Source: Treponematales bacterium (GTDB lineage: Bacteria > Spirochaetota > Spirochaetia > Treponematales > UBA12059). Taken from it: DNA of 41,206 bases. This document shows positions 7,775 through 16,579 of this stretch, one piece after another. The stretch is from assembly GCA_041738475.1 (NCBI GenBank), contig JBGSPT010000214.1, positions 1 to 41,206 on the forward strand, in the 5' to 3' direction. Made by a program: the position numbers and the translations under genes. Position 1 is the first letter of the stretch. The number at the start of each line of letters is the position of its first letter. Below the pieces are notes generated by a model. It was given only the letters and a program-made list of their open reading frames with translations, did no database searches and was not told the origin of the DNA.

Positions 7775-8413
7775 CTGAACATACCGTATCGCGTCCTGTG
7801 CGCGGTTGCGGTCCTGACCCTGCTGTGCCCGTCGGCCCTCGCCCAGCCGACTCCGGGTGCGGACGGTTCCAGGACCGGCCCTGCCTCGGGACAAGGCTCC
7901 GCGGCTCCCGCCGCGGAAACGGACCTCGTACTGGCAGAATCCTCGGAATCCGCGACCCCCGGGAATCGGAACGCCCTGTCCGACTCCGCATGGCCGTATT
8001 TCCTACGGATGCTGCTGACCCTGGCGCTCGTCCTGGGGGCCATCTGGCTTACGTTCCGGCTTCTTCGCCGGGCGGGCAGGCCAAAGGTTCCCGAGGACGC
8101 CTTCGTCCGGGTCCTCGCCTCGGCCCCCCTGGGGACCGGCAGGTGGCTGTACGTCGTTTCCCTCGGAGCCAAGGCCTTCCTGATCGGCGCGACGGACTCG
8201 TCCCTAAGCCTCATCCACGAGGTGGAGGATCCGGAGCTCATCGACGAGATGAAACTCCGGGCCGCGACCGCACCGCAGGCCGATACCCGGGATTTCGGCA
8301 CCCTCCTGGCGGGCTTACTGAAGCCCGTATCGAAGCATCGCGCCGATTCCGCGAAGGGGATTCCGGGCACGGAGTTCCTGGCGCGGCAGAGGGACCGGCT
8401 GAAGCGATTCTGA
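7775..8413 (+). CDS. fliO: Flagellar export-gate assembly protein FliO/FliZ; proposed 78-codon N-terminal extension with a signal peptide and a non-canonical CTG start
   Basis: The core from ATG 8009 (MLLTLALVLGAIWLTFRLLRRAG...LYVVSLGAKAFLIGATDSSLSLI) is FliO-like. The frame is open back to TAG 7751. It encodes NIPYRVLCAVAVLTLLCPSALA/QPTPG, a textbook signal peptide. GGAGG at 7764-7768 lies 6 nt before CTG 7775. There is no ATG, GTG or TTG in frame between 7754 and 8008. The conservative call is 8009..8413. Confidence 0.6.
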   Translation: MNIPYRVLCAVAVLTLLCPSALAQPTPGADGSRTGPASGQGSAAPAAETDLVLAESSESATPGNRNALSDSAWPYFLRMLLTLALVLGAIWLTFRLLRRAGRPKVPEDAFVRVLASAPLGTGRWLYVVSLGAKAFLIGATDSSLSLIHEVEDPELIDEMKLRAATAPQADTRDFGTLLAGLLKPVSKHRADSAKGIPGTEFLARQRDRLKRF

Positions 8414-8441
8414 AGCCGTTTCCGGCGCACCGGGAGGGGAG

Positions 8442-9311
8442 ATGCGCAACCGCCTCATCTTGGTCCTTGCGGCCGCAGTCTTCGCGGGATCCCTGTCGAC
8501 CGTATCCGCCCAGGACGCCGCGCCCTTTCCCTCGGCTCCCCGGGACTCGGCGGTCAGCGTTCCGGTGCCGGGATCGGGGACCGCTCCCAGGGCCGGGGCC
8601 GGAACCACGGGGTTTCCGGCGCCCCCGCCCGCCGTGCCCTTCGTGGACCTGACGATCCGGAATCCCCGGGACAATCGGGAGGTGGCGTTTTCCGTACAGC
8701 TCCTCCTGCTTCTGACGGTACTTAGTTTGGCGCCCAGCATCCTCATCCTTATGACCAGCTTCCTGCGTATCTCCATCGTGCTGGATTTTATAAAGAGAGC
8801 CCTTTCCCTCCAGCAGGTACCGCCGAACCAGGTCCTCCTGGGAATCTCCTTTTTTATGACAATATTCATCATGTGGCCCACCCTGGACCAGATCAACCGG
8901 GACGCCCTGACCCCCATGGCGGAGGGGCGCATGACCGTATCCGAGGCCTACCGGGCCGGCGAGTCACCCCTTCGGCTCTTCATGTACCGGCAGATGGAAT
9001 CCAATCCAGAGAACATCCGGCTCTTCATGTCCATGCGCGGGCTCGAGAAGCCCGCCACCCTGGCGGACGTGCCCACCTACGTGCTCATCCCGGCTTTCAT
9101 CCTCAACGAACTGACCGTGGCGTTCAAGATCGGTATATATCTATATATACCATTTATAGTTATCGATATGGTCGTGGCATCCACCCTGATGTCCATGGGT
9201 ATGATCATGTTGCCCCCGGTCATGATATCGATGCCCTTCAAGCTGATCCTCTTCATCCTGGTGGACGGCTGGAATCTCATGACCCGGCAGCTCGTATCTT
9301 CGTTCCGGTAG
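8442..9311 (+). CDS. fliP: Flagellar type III export gate protein FliP
   Basis: Signal peptide plus a Pro-rich linker. This is followed by the conserved FliP core (VQLLLLLTVLSLAPSILILMTSFLRISIVLDFIKRALSLQQVPPNQVL; FKIGIYLYIPFIVIDMVVASTLMSMGMIMLPP). Confidence 0.95.
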   Translation: MRNRLILVLAAAVFAGSLSTVSAQDAAPFPSAPRDSAVSVPVPGSGTAPRAGAGTTGFPAPPPAVPFVDLTIRNPRDNREVAFSVQLLLLLTVLSLAPSILILMTSFLRISIVLDFIKRALSLQQVPPNQVLLGISFFMTIFIMWPTLDQINRDALTPMAEGRMTVSEAYRAGESPLRLFMYRQMESNPENIRLFMSMRGLEKPATLADVPTYVLIPAFILNELTVAFKIGIYLYIPFIVIDMVVASTLMSMGMIMLPPVMISMPFKLILFILVDGWNLMTRQLVSSFR

Positions 9312-9320
9312 GAGGAGCAG

Positions 9321-9590
9321 GTGGACATAGGAGACGCGGTCAACCTGATGCGGGGCGGGATCCTGGAGGTCGTGTTGATCGCCGCGCCCATCCTCATCGT
9401 GGCTCTGGTTGTGGGGCTCATCGTCTCCATCCTCCAGGCCACAACCTCGATCCAGGAACAGACCCTGACCTTCGTTCCCAAGATCGCTTCCATCCTGGCC
9501 GTCCTGGCCATCCTGGGAGGCTGGATGCTCGGGCATCTCGCACAGTATACCCGGACCCTCTTCGAACTTATCCCCTTGGCGGCGAGGTAA
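9321..9590 (+). CDS. fliQ: Flagellar export gate protein FliQ
   Basis: An 89-aa two-TM protein (ILEVVLIAAPILIVALVVGLIVSILQATTSIQEQTLTFVPKI). GTG start preceded by GGAGGAG. Confidence 0.9.
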   Translation: MDIGDAVNLMRGGILEVVLIAAPILIVALVVGLIVSILQATTSIQEQTLTFVPKIASILAVLAILGGWMLGHLAQYTRTLFELIPLAAR

Positions 9591-9594
9591 GCGG

Positions 9595-10374
9595 ATGTTC
9601 AACGAGATCCTGGACGGCGCAGACCTCTTCTTCCTCATCGCCGTTCGGGTTCTGGCCATGGTCGAGACGGCCCCCCTCCTGTCCAGCGACGGCATCCCCC
9701 AGGCCGCCAAGATCGCCCTTTCGGGCTTGACCGCTGCGGCCGTGTATCCCTGGGTCCTTGAGGCCGGATACCCGATTCCGGATACCATCGGCCCCTATTT
9801 AGCCCTCCTCGCGGGGGAGGCCCTCCTGGGACTCATCACGGGATTCTTCCTGGTCGCGGTCCAGGCGGCTTTCGTGACCGCTGGACAGTTCTTCTCCCTT
9901 CAAATGGGATTCGGAGCCTCGGAAGTCTACGATCCCCTGGCGGAGATCGAGATTCCCCTGATGGGGCAGTACCTGAACATCGTGGCCATGCTGGTCTTCG
10001 TGCAGATCGGCGGCTTCCGCGACCTGTTCCTGATCGGCGTCCGGGGATCCTTCCAGGCCCTGAGGGCGGTGGACCTGGTAATCCGACGGGAGGGTTTTTT
10101 CGAGTACCTTTTCGGCGCCGTATCCCTCCTGTTCAAGAACGCCATGACCCTGGCCTTTCCTATCCTGGGCACCCTGATGGTCATCTCCGTGACCATGGGC
10201 CTTCTGTCCAAGGCGGCTCCCCAGATGAACCTACTGACCGAGGGTTTTCCCCTGAATATCGGAGTGGCCTTCCTCCTCCTCTTCGGATCGCTTCCGTACC
10301 TGATGGAAGCGTTCTCCCGGCTTATCGAAGCCGGGTTTCTGGATCTTGCGAACATGCTGGGGGGCACGGGATGA
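9595..10374 (+). CDS. fliR: Flagellar export gate protein FliR
   Basis: A 259-aa polytopic membrane protein in the canonical fliPQR position, with FliR-like motifs (VRVLAMVETAPLLSS..., SLQMGFGASEVYDP). Confidence 0.9.
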   Translation: MFNEILDGADLFFLIAVRVLAMVETAPLLSSDGIPQAAKIALSGLTAAAVYPWVLEAGYPIPDTIGPYLALLAGEALLGLITGFFLVAVQAAFVTAGQFFSLQMGFGASEVYDPLAEIEIPLMGQYLNIVAMLVFVQIGGFRDLFLIGVRGSFQALRAVDLVIRREGFFEYLFGAVSLLFKNAMTLAFPILGTLMVISVTMGLLSKAAPQMNLLTEGFPLNIGVAFLLLFGSLPYLMEAFSRLIEAGFLDLANMLGGTG

Positions 10375-11558
10375 GGTGCCTCGAATCCCTAAATCGATCC
10401 TTCCCCCGTCCCGAAAAGCGCATGTCCCCGGCGGACATCCCCCTCCAGTGGTTCGCCTCCCCGGAGGAGGAAGGTCGTACCGAGGAGCCTTCCGAGTACA
10501 AGCTCCGGAAGGCGCGGGAGGAGGGCAGGGTCGCGAAGAGCCAGGACCTGGTCGCGGCTATCAGCCTGCTTCTGACCGCGGTGACCCTGGCGATCCTGGC
10601 TCCCTGGATGCTCGAAACCCTCCGGGAGATGATCGTGCGGTTCCTTCGGCTGTCTACGGAGTCGGACATCGTGACCGACGGAGCCCTGGCTGCGGGCCTC
10701 TTCTTCCGGTACCTGCTCCGGCTCCTTCTGCCCCTGGCCTCGGTGGGCGTCCTGGCCGCCCTCTTCGGAAACATCCTACAGGTCGGATTCCTCTTCTCCG
10801 TGAAGCCCGTTACCCCGGACTTCAAGAAGGTCATCCCCAGGCTCGGGCAGTATTTCCAGAGGGTCTTCTCCATAGAGGGCCTTTATAACCTCGGAAAGTC
10901 CATACTCAAGATCTCGATCATAGTCGCGGTGGCCTGGATCCTGGTGAGCGGTGAACTGGAGCGCCTGCGGAACCTCTACCTCGCCCCCTTCTGGACTTCC
11001 GTCAAGCTGGTCTCCGGGATGATCCTGAAGCTGATCCTGGCCGTGGCGGTCACCCTCCTGGCCATGTCCATCCCGGACTACATGTTCCAGAAACGGCAAT
11101 TCCTGGAGCGGATGAAGATGACCAAGCAGGAGGTCAAGGAAGAACGGAAAATGCACGAGGGGGATCCCCAGGTGAAGGGCCGTCTCCGGGAGCGGATGCG
11201 CGATCTTTTGACCCGCAATATGGCGGTCAACGTTCCCAAGGCGGACGTGGTGATCACGAACCCGACTCACTTCGCGGTAGCCCTGGAATGGGACCGTGAA
11301 GCCATGGCCGCCCCGATGGTGACCGCCAAGGGCTTGGACGAGGCCGCCCTCCGGATCCGCCGCATCGCCGAGGACTCCCGGGTCCCGGTGGTGGAAAACC
11401 GGCCCCTGGCCCGGGCCCTGTACGCGGAGACCGAAATCGGCCAGACCATCCCCGAAAAGTACTACCAGGCCATTGCCGCGGTCCTGGCCCACGTGTACGC
11501 CCTTTCCGACAAGGGCCGCCGCTACGCCCGGGCCGCCGGGGCGGAGGACCTGGCATGA
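10371..11558 (+). CDS. flhB: Flagellar export switch protein FlhB
   Basis: EEGRTEEPSEYKLRKAREEGRVAKSQDL N-terminus, four TM segments, and the NPTH autocleavage site at 11259-11270 (VVITNPTHFAVAL). ATGA overlap with fliR. An alternative start is ATG 10422. Confidence 0.9.
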   Translation: MRCLESLNRSFPRPEKRMSPADIPLQWFASPEEEGRTEEPSEYKLRKAREEGRVAKSQDLVAAISLLLTAVTLAILAPWMLETLREMIVRFLRLSTESDIVTDGALAAGLFFRYLLRLLLPLASVGVLAALFGNILQVGFLFSVKPVTPDFKKVIPRLGQYFQRVFSIEGLYNLGKSILKISIIVAVAWILVSGELERLRNLYLAPFWTSVKLVSGMILKLILAVAVTLLAMSIPDYMFQKRQFLERMKMTKQEVKEERKMHEGDPQVKGRLRERMRDLLTRNMAVNVPKADVVITNPTHFAVALEWDREAMAAPMVTAKGLDEAALRIRRIAEDSRVPVVENRPLARALYAETEIGQTIPEKYYQAIAAVLAHVYALSDKGRRYARAAGAEDLA

Positions 11559-11596
11559 CGGGACGTCCGTACCGCCCGAGCCCGGAGGAGGCTTAG

Positions 11597-13684
11597 ATGT
11601 CCGATACCCAACGGGTCCTGAGGGACACCTTCCTGACGAACCGCTCCGACTTCGCCGTGGCGATCGGCGCCGTGGCCGTCGTCCTCATGATCATCATTCC
11701 CATCCCCACGGTCCTCCTGGACGCCTTGATGGCCTTCAATCTCACGATCAGCCTCCTAATCCTGCTGATCGTGCTCTATACCCGCAAGGCCACGGAGTTC
11801 TCCATCTTCCCGACCATGCTGCTGGTATCCACGATCTTCGGACTGGCGCTGAACATCTCCTCCACCCGCCTCATCCTGACCCAGGGCAGCCGTTTCGACG
11901 GCCGTCTGATCCGGGCTTTCTCCACCTTTGTGGTCGGCTCCGGCGGCACCGAAGGCCTGGTGATCGGCTTCATCATCTTCATCGTGATCATCGCGGTGCA
12001 GGCTATCGTCATCACCAAGGGGGCGACGCGGATAGCCGAGGTGGCCGCCCGGTTCACCCTGGACGGTTTGCCGGTCAAGCAGATGGCCATCGAGAGCGAA
12101 TTCAACTCCGGGGCCATCACCGAGGAGGAGGCCCGGAAACGGAAGGACGAGGTCCAGCGGGAGGTGGATTTCTACGGCCAGATGGACGGCGCATCCAAGT
12201 TCGTGTCCGGGAACGTGAAGGTCGGGATCTTCATCTCCATCATCAACATGCTGGGCGGATTCGTGGTGGGCATGGTGATCCACTCCGAGAGCTTCCAGAC
12301 CGCCATCGAAGCCTACACCTCCCTGACCATTGGGGACGGCCTTCTGTCCCAGCTGCCGGCCCTCCTGGTGTCCGTGGCCACGGGCATCATCGTCACCCGG
12401 GCGAACTCCCAGGGAACCTTCGGCGGGGACGTGACGGTCCAGTTCTCCCAGAACGCCCGGATCTACTGGATAGGGGCCGCCGTCCTGGCCGCCCTGGCCT
12501 TTCTTCCCGGCTTTCCCTGGTACGTCCTCCTTCCCATGGCGGCCTCCATGGCCTGGCTCGCGTTCCGACTATCCCGCAAGCAGCTTCGGGATGCGGAAGC
12601 CGCCAAGGCCCATCCCGCGGGGGCCAAGGCCAAGGGCGAGTCCGCCCAGGAGCTTTCCCCCGTGGTTCCCCTGGATCCCATAAGCCTGGAGCTGGGCTAC
12701 GGCCTCATACCCCTTGTTGACCGGGACAAGGGCGCGGAGCTCCTGGAGCGCATTACCCGGATCCGCAAGGAGAGCGCCCTGGACATGGGCCTGGTTGTGC
12801 CCCGCATCCGGATCATCGACAACATGCGCCTGGAGCCCAGCGAGTACTGTTTCAAGATCAAGGGCGTCGAAGTGGGCCGCGGGGTCATCCGGCTGGGGTA
12901 CTACATGGCGATCAATCCCGGCGGGGTGACAGAGGAGATCCCCGGGGAGAAGACCCGGGATCCGGCCTTCGGCCTTTCGGCCCTCTGGATAGCCGAGGAC
13001 CAGCGGGACAAGGCGGAACGGGCGGGCTATACCGTGGTGGACGCGCCCAGCATCGTGGCAACCCATCTCACGGAGATCATCAAGCGGCACGCCTCGGAGA
13101 TCCTGGGGCGCCAGGAGATCCAGTCCATCCTGGACACCCTCCGCAAGGACTATCCCGCGGTGGTGGAAGACATCCAGAAGCACCTCTCCCTGGGGGAGAT
13201 CCAGAAGGTCATCCAGGCCCTCCTGCGGGAGCAGGTGTCGGTACGCAACATGGTCGTGATCCTGGAGACCCTGGCGGACTACGCGGGCATCACCAAGGAC
13301 CCCGGTTTCCTGGCGGAGAAGGTGCGCCAGGCCCTGGGGAGGCAGATCTGTCTTCAGTACGCGGACGCGAAGAAGGTCCTGCACGTCCTGACCATAGATC
13401 CGGACCTGGAACAGAAGATCATCGAGAGTCGGGTGGAGTCAGGGATGGGCAATATAGCCGCCCTTGAACCGGCGGTGCAGAGGCAGTGGATCAAGGCTTT
13501 GACCCAGGCGGTCTCGGCGGTCCAGAAGCAGGGTTTCTTCCCGCTCATCCTCTGCTCCGAGGCCGCCCGAGCCCTGGTGAAGTCGAGCACCGAGCGGGAG
13601 ATTCCGGACCTCGTCGTGCTCTCGGTGCCCGAGGTGGTGTCGGACGTGAGCGTGGAAGCCATCGGTGAGATACGGCTGGAATAG
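11597..13684 (+). CDS. flhA: Flagellar export apparatus protein FlhA (FHIPEP family)
   Basis: A 695-aa protein. The N-terminal membrane domain carries the FHIPEP region (RFTLDGLPVKQMAIESEFNSGAITEEEARKRK). It also has a large cytoplasmic C-terminal domain. GGAGGAGG RBS. Confidence 0.95.
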   Translation: MSDTQRVLRDTFLTNRSDFAVAIGAVAVVLMIIIPIPTVLLDALMAFNLTISLLILLIVLYTRKATEFSIFPTMLLVSTIFGLALNISSTRLILTQGSRFDGRLIRAFSTFVVGSGGTEGLVIGFIIFIVIIAVQAIVITKGATRIAEVAARFTLDGLPVKQMAIESEFNSGAITEEEARKRKDEVQREVDFYGQMDGASKFVSGNVKVGIFISIINMLGGFVVGMVIHSESFQTAIEAYTSLTIGDGLLSQLPALLVSVATGIIVTRANSQGTFGGDVTVQFSQNARIYWIGAAVLAALAFLPGFPWYVLLPMAASMAWLAFRLSRKQLRDAEAAKAHPAGAKAKGESAQELSPVVPLDPISLELGYGLIPLVDRDKGAELLERITRIRKESALDMGLVVPRIRIIDNMRLEPSEYCFKIKGVEVGRGVIRLGYYMAINPGGVTEEIPGEKTRDPAFGLSALWIAEDQRDKAERAGYTVVDAPSIVATHLTEIIKRHASEILGRQEIQSILDTLRKDYPAVVEDIQKHLSLGEIQKVIQALLREQVSVRNMVVILETLADYAGITKDPGFLAEKVRQALGRQICLQYADAKKVLHVLTIDPDLEQKIIESRVESGMGNIAALEPAVQRQWIKALTQAVSAVQKQGFFPLILCSEAARALVKSSTEREIPDLVVLSVPEVVSDVSVEAIGEIRLE

Positions 13685-13714
13685 GCCGAACCAAGCGGGG
13701 AAGGAAGCGAAGGG

Positions 13715-14905
13715 ATGGAATACTTTACCGAACAAGGGGCCACCCACCGGGAAGCCATCGAGAGGGTGCGCGCCAAGTACGGGGATGCAGCCCAGGTCCT
13801 GACACAGCGGGTGGTTCGTACAGGCGGGGTCCTGGGCTTCTTCGCCCGGGAGGGCGTCGAGCTCACGGGCTACATCCGCCAGGAAGCGGCCAAGGAGACG
13901 GCCAACCGGAAGCTCGACCTGGAGGAGGAGAAGCGCCGGCTCCTGGCTTCCATCCAGGACCGGACCCTCCAGGAGGTCCTGTCCGAGGTGCGGGACCTGA
14001 AGCGCGCCGTGGAAACCTACCGGCCCCCCGAGGCGGAGTCGGACCATCCCAACCTGAAGGCCCTGGACGACCTCCTCGCCCTAAACGAGTTCACGGAGCC
14101 CTACCGCAGGGGGATCCTGGACCGCGTCCGATCGGAGTTTACCCTGGACGCCCTGGAGGACTGGGACAGCCTTCAGGAGGCGGCATTGGAGTGGATCGGA
14201 GAGGACATCTCCGTCTCCAAGACGCCTTCCGCTCCTGGCCCCCGGGTTTTCGTCCTGGTGGGTCCCACCGGGGTCGGAAAGACCACCACGATCGCCAAGC
14301 TCGCGGCCATCCACAAGATCGGGATCGGCGGCCTCCCGCCCCGGGACGTGCGGATGATCACCATAGACAGCTACCGCATCGGGGCTAAACAGCAGATCGA
14401 GACCTACGGCGACATCATGGGGGTGCCCACTTCCTGTGTGGAGACCGCAGAGGACCTGGCCAAGACGATCGCCCTGTACCAGGAAGTCGACCTGATCCTG
14501 GTGGACACCATAGGCAAGAGCCCCCGAGAGGCGGTGAAGCTGGCGGAGATGAAGCAGATCTTGGACGCCTGCGGTCCCCGGGCGGAGGTGCACCTGGCCA
14601 TGGCCGCCACGACCAAGGCCACGGACATGGAGGAGATTCTCCGGCAGTTCGAGCCCTTCGATTACCATGCCGTCGTGGTCACCAAACTGGACGAGACGAA
14701 CCGCCTGGGGAACGTGATCTCCGTCCTGTCCCAGCGGCGCAAGCCCGTGTCCTATCTCACCGACGGCCAGAAGGTGCCCCAGGACATCCAGCCTGCCGCG
14801 ATCCCGCGGTTCCTCCTGGGCCTGGAGGGTTTCAAGCTGGACCGCGACCGGATCGAGGAGAAATTTGGATCCCGCCGGGAGACCCGGGCGGAGGGGAGGC
14901 GTTGA
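13715..14905 (+). CDS. flhF: Flagellar biosynthesis SRP-type GTPase FlhF
   Basis: G1 motif LVGPTGVGKTTTIAKLA, G3 motif DTIGKSPRE, and G4 motif TKLDET. Confidence 0.9.
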   Translation: MEYFTEQGATHREAIERVRAKYGDAAQVLTQRVVRTGGVLGFFAREGVELTGYIRQEAAKETANRKLDLEEEKRRLLASIQDRTLQEVLSEVRDLKRAVETYRPPEAESDHPNLKALDDLLALNEFTEPYRRGILDRVRSEFTLDALEDWDSLQEAALEWIGEDISVSKTPSAPGPRVFVLVGPTGVGKTTTIAKLAAIHKIGIGGLPPRDVRMITIDSYRIGAKQQIETYGDIMGVPTSCVETAEDLAKTIALYQEVDLILVDTIGKSPREAVKLAEMKQILDACGPRAEVHLAMAATTKATDMEEILRQFEPFDYHAVVVTKLDETNRLGNVISVLSQRRKPVSYLTDGQKVPQDIQPAAIPRFLLGLEGFKLDRDRIEEKFGSRRETRAEGRR

Positions 14906-15789
14906 TGGAAGACCAGGCACAGAAACTCAGGGAGCTCATGCAGTCGGGGGCTCCGGCCTCCGCGTCGTCCCAGGGCGCCCCCTCCCAGAAGCGGACCCGT
15001 GTGATCACGGTGACCAGCGGCAAGGGCGGGGTCGGTAAGACCAACCTCTCGGTCAACCTGGCGCTGGCCTACGCCCAGCAGGGCAAGCGGGTCATCGTGC
15101 TGGACGCGGACCTCGGGCTCGCCAACGTGAACATCATGCTCAACATGATCCCCAAGTACAACCTCTACCACGTGATCCGGAAGCAGAAGACGATGAAGGA
15201 GATCATCCTGGACACGGACTACGGGATCCAGATCGTGGCCGGGGCTTCCGGGTTCTCCAAGATCGCCAACCTCTCCGAGGAGGAGAGGCAAAGCTTTATC
15301 AGTGAGCTGTATTCCCTGGCGGGGGCGGACATCATCATCATCGACACCAGCGCGGGGGTCTCCAGCAACGTGCTTTCCTTCGTGGCCGCCGCGGACGACG
15401 CCATCATAATAACGACCCCGGAGCCCACGGCCATCACGGACGCCTACGGGATCATCAAGATCATCGCCACGGAGGTGGAGAACCTGAACATCGGCCTCAA
15501 GCTGGTGGTCAACAGGGTGAAGACTGTGCTGGAGGGCAAGAGGGTGGCCGAACGGATCATCAACATCTCCGGGCAGTTCCTGAACCTCAAGGTGGAGTAT
15601 CTGGGCTGCATCTACGAGGATCCCATCGTGCCGGCATCGGTGATACGGCAAAAGCCTTTCATCCTCTCGGACCCCAAGTCCAAGGCCGCGATTTCGGTCC
15701 AGCACCTGGTCAGCCGGATCGAGAAGACCGATTTTTCCGACGACAAGGGCATCGGCCGGTTCATCCGGAAGCTCTTCGGGAGGGAATGA
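14905..15789 (+). CDS. flhG: MinD/ParA-family flagellar number regulator FlhG (YlxH/FleN)
   Basis: Deviant Walker A VTSGKGGVGKTNLSVNLA and DADLGLANV. ATG 14905 overlaps the flhF TGA (TGATG). The ORF track starts one codon earlier at TTG 14902. Confidence 0.85.
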   Translation: MEDQAQKLRELMQSGAPASASSQGAPSQKRTRVITVTSGKGGVGKTNLSVNLALAYAQQGKRVIVLDADLGLANVNIMLNMIPKYNLYHVIRKQKTMKEIILDTDYGIQIVAGASGFSKIANLSEEERQSFISELYSLAGADIIIIDTSAGVSSNVLSFVAAADDAIIITTPEPTAITDAYGIIKIIATEVENLNIGLKLVVNRVKTVLEGKRVAERIINISGQFLNLKVEYLGCIYEDPIVPASVIRQKPFILSDPKSKAAISVQHLVSRIEKTDFSDDKGIGRFIRKLFGRE

Positions 15790-15828
15790 GCTTGTCCGTC
15801 TTCTTGGAAGCCGGGAAAGGGCTTCGGC

Positions 15829-15858
15829 TTGACTCCGGCTTCGGCATTGCCATAAGAT
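15829..15858 (+). promoter_or_regulatory. Candidate sigma70-type promoter (TTGACT-N17-ATAAGA / N18-TAAGAT) ahead of the fliA sub-cluster
   Basis: TTGACT at 15829-15834 and ATAAGAT at 15852-15858, in the 133-nt flhG-ORF15923 gap. Confidence 0.4.
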
Positions 15859-15922
15859 GTAATGAGATATCCGGGAGCCGCGTACGGGCCGACGGTAATC
15901 CGCACGGGGAGGGGCGCCAGGG

Positions 15923-16573
15923 GTGAGTTCCGATATCCGGATCATGACGATCGCCGCCGGGGCCGCCTTCCTGATCTCCGCCCTGACGGGACTGGTCAGC
16001 CAGGTGGCCTTCGGCGCCCTTCTCCTGCGGGCAGCCGTTTCCGGAGCGGCCTTCGCCGCCCTCGGGGCCGGCGCTTCCTTCGTAGCCCGGCAATTCCTTC
16101 CGGAACTGTACGGAGAATCCCCGTCCCAGGAGACGGATTCCCCGGTTCCGTCGTCCGCGGATCCCGGGCATCATCTGAACATAGTTCTTCCCGGCGGGGA
16201 TGAGGCAGCCGAGGAGGTGGAAGAACTGCCGGAAGCTTCGGATCCGGGAAGCGTAGGGGAGGAGGATCTGCGGGACCTCGAGCGGGACGCGGCCGAGATC
16301 GGCACGGACAGCCTCGTCCCCGCGGAGGAGGCGAGCGAAGCGCCTCCATCCGTGTCCGCCCGGCCGCCCGCAACCTTCGACGACCTGGACGTCCTGCCGG
16401 ACCTGGACGGCCTATCGGACGTGTTCTCCGCCGCGGCCCATGAAGATATCGACGCGGGCGAGGCTCCCGCCCGGGATCCCATCTCCACCACCGGGGCTTC
16501 CCGGGACGGAGTGGACGCCGTGGCCATGGCCCAGGCCGTCCGTACATTGTTGAAACGGGATCAGAAAGGGTAA
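15923..16573 (+). CDS. Hypothetical membrane-anchored acidic protein (two predicted N-terminal TM helices, Asp/Glu/Pro-rich tail)
   Basis: GTG start. MTIAAGAAFLISALTGLVSQVAFGALLLRAAVSGAAFAALGAGASFVARQF is followed by an acidic low-complexity region. It fills the flhG-fliA gap without overlap. I do not recognise a family. Confidence 0.5.
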   Translation: MSSDIRIMTIAAGAAFLISALTGLVSQVAFGALLLRAAVSGAAFAALGAGASFVARQFLPELYGESPSQETDSPVPSSADPGHHLNIVLPGGDEAAEEVEELPEASDPGSVGEEDLRDLERDAAEIGTDSLVPAEEASEAPPSVSARPPATFDDLDVLPDLDGLSDVFSAAAHEDIDAGEAPARDPISTTGASRDGVDAVAMAQAVRTLLKRDQKG

Positions 16574-16579
16574 TCCGAG

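Noticed and set aside
14752-15945. A 397-aa minus-strand ORF over flhG.
   Set aside because: It is antisense to a MinD/ParA ATPase with an intact Walker A. It has no motifs of its own.
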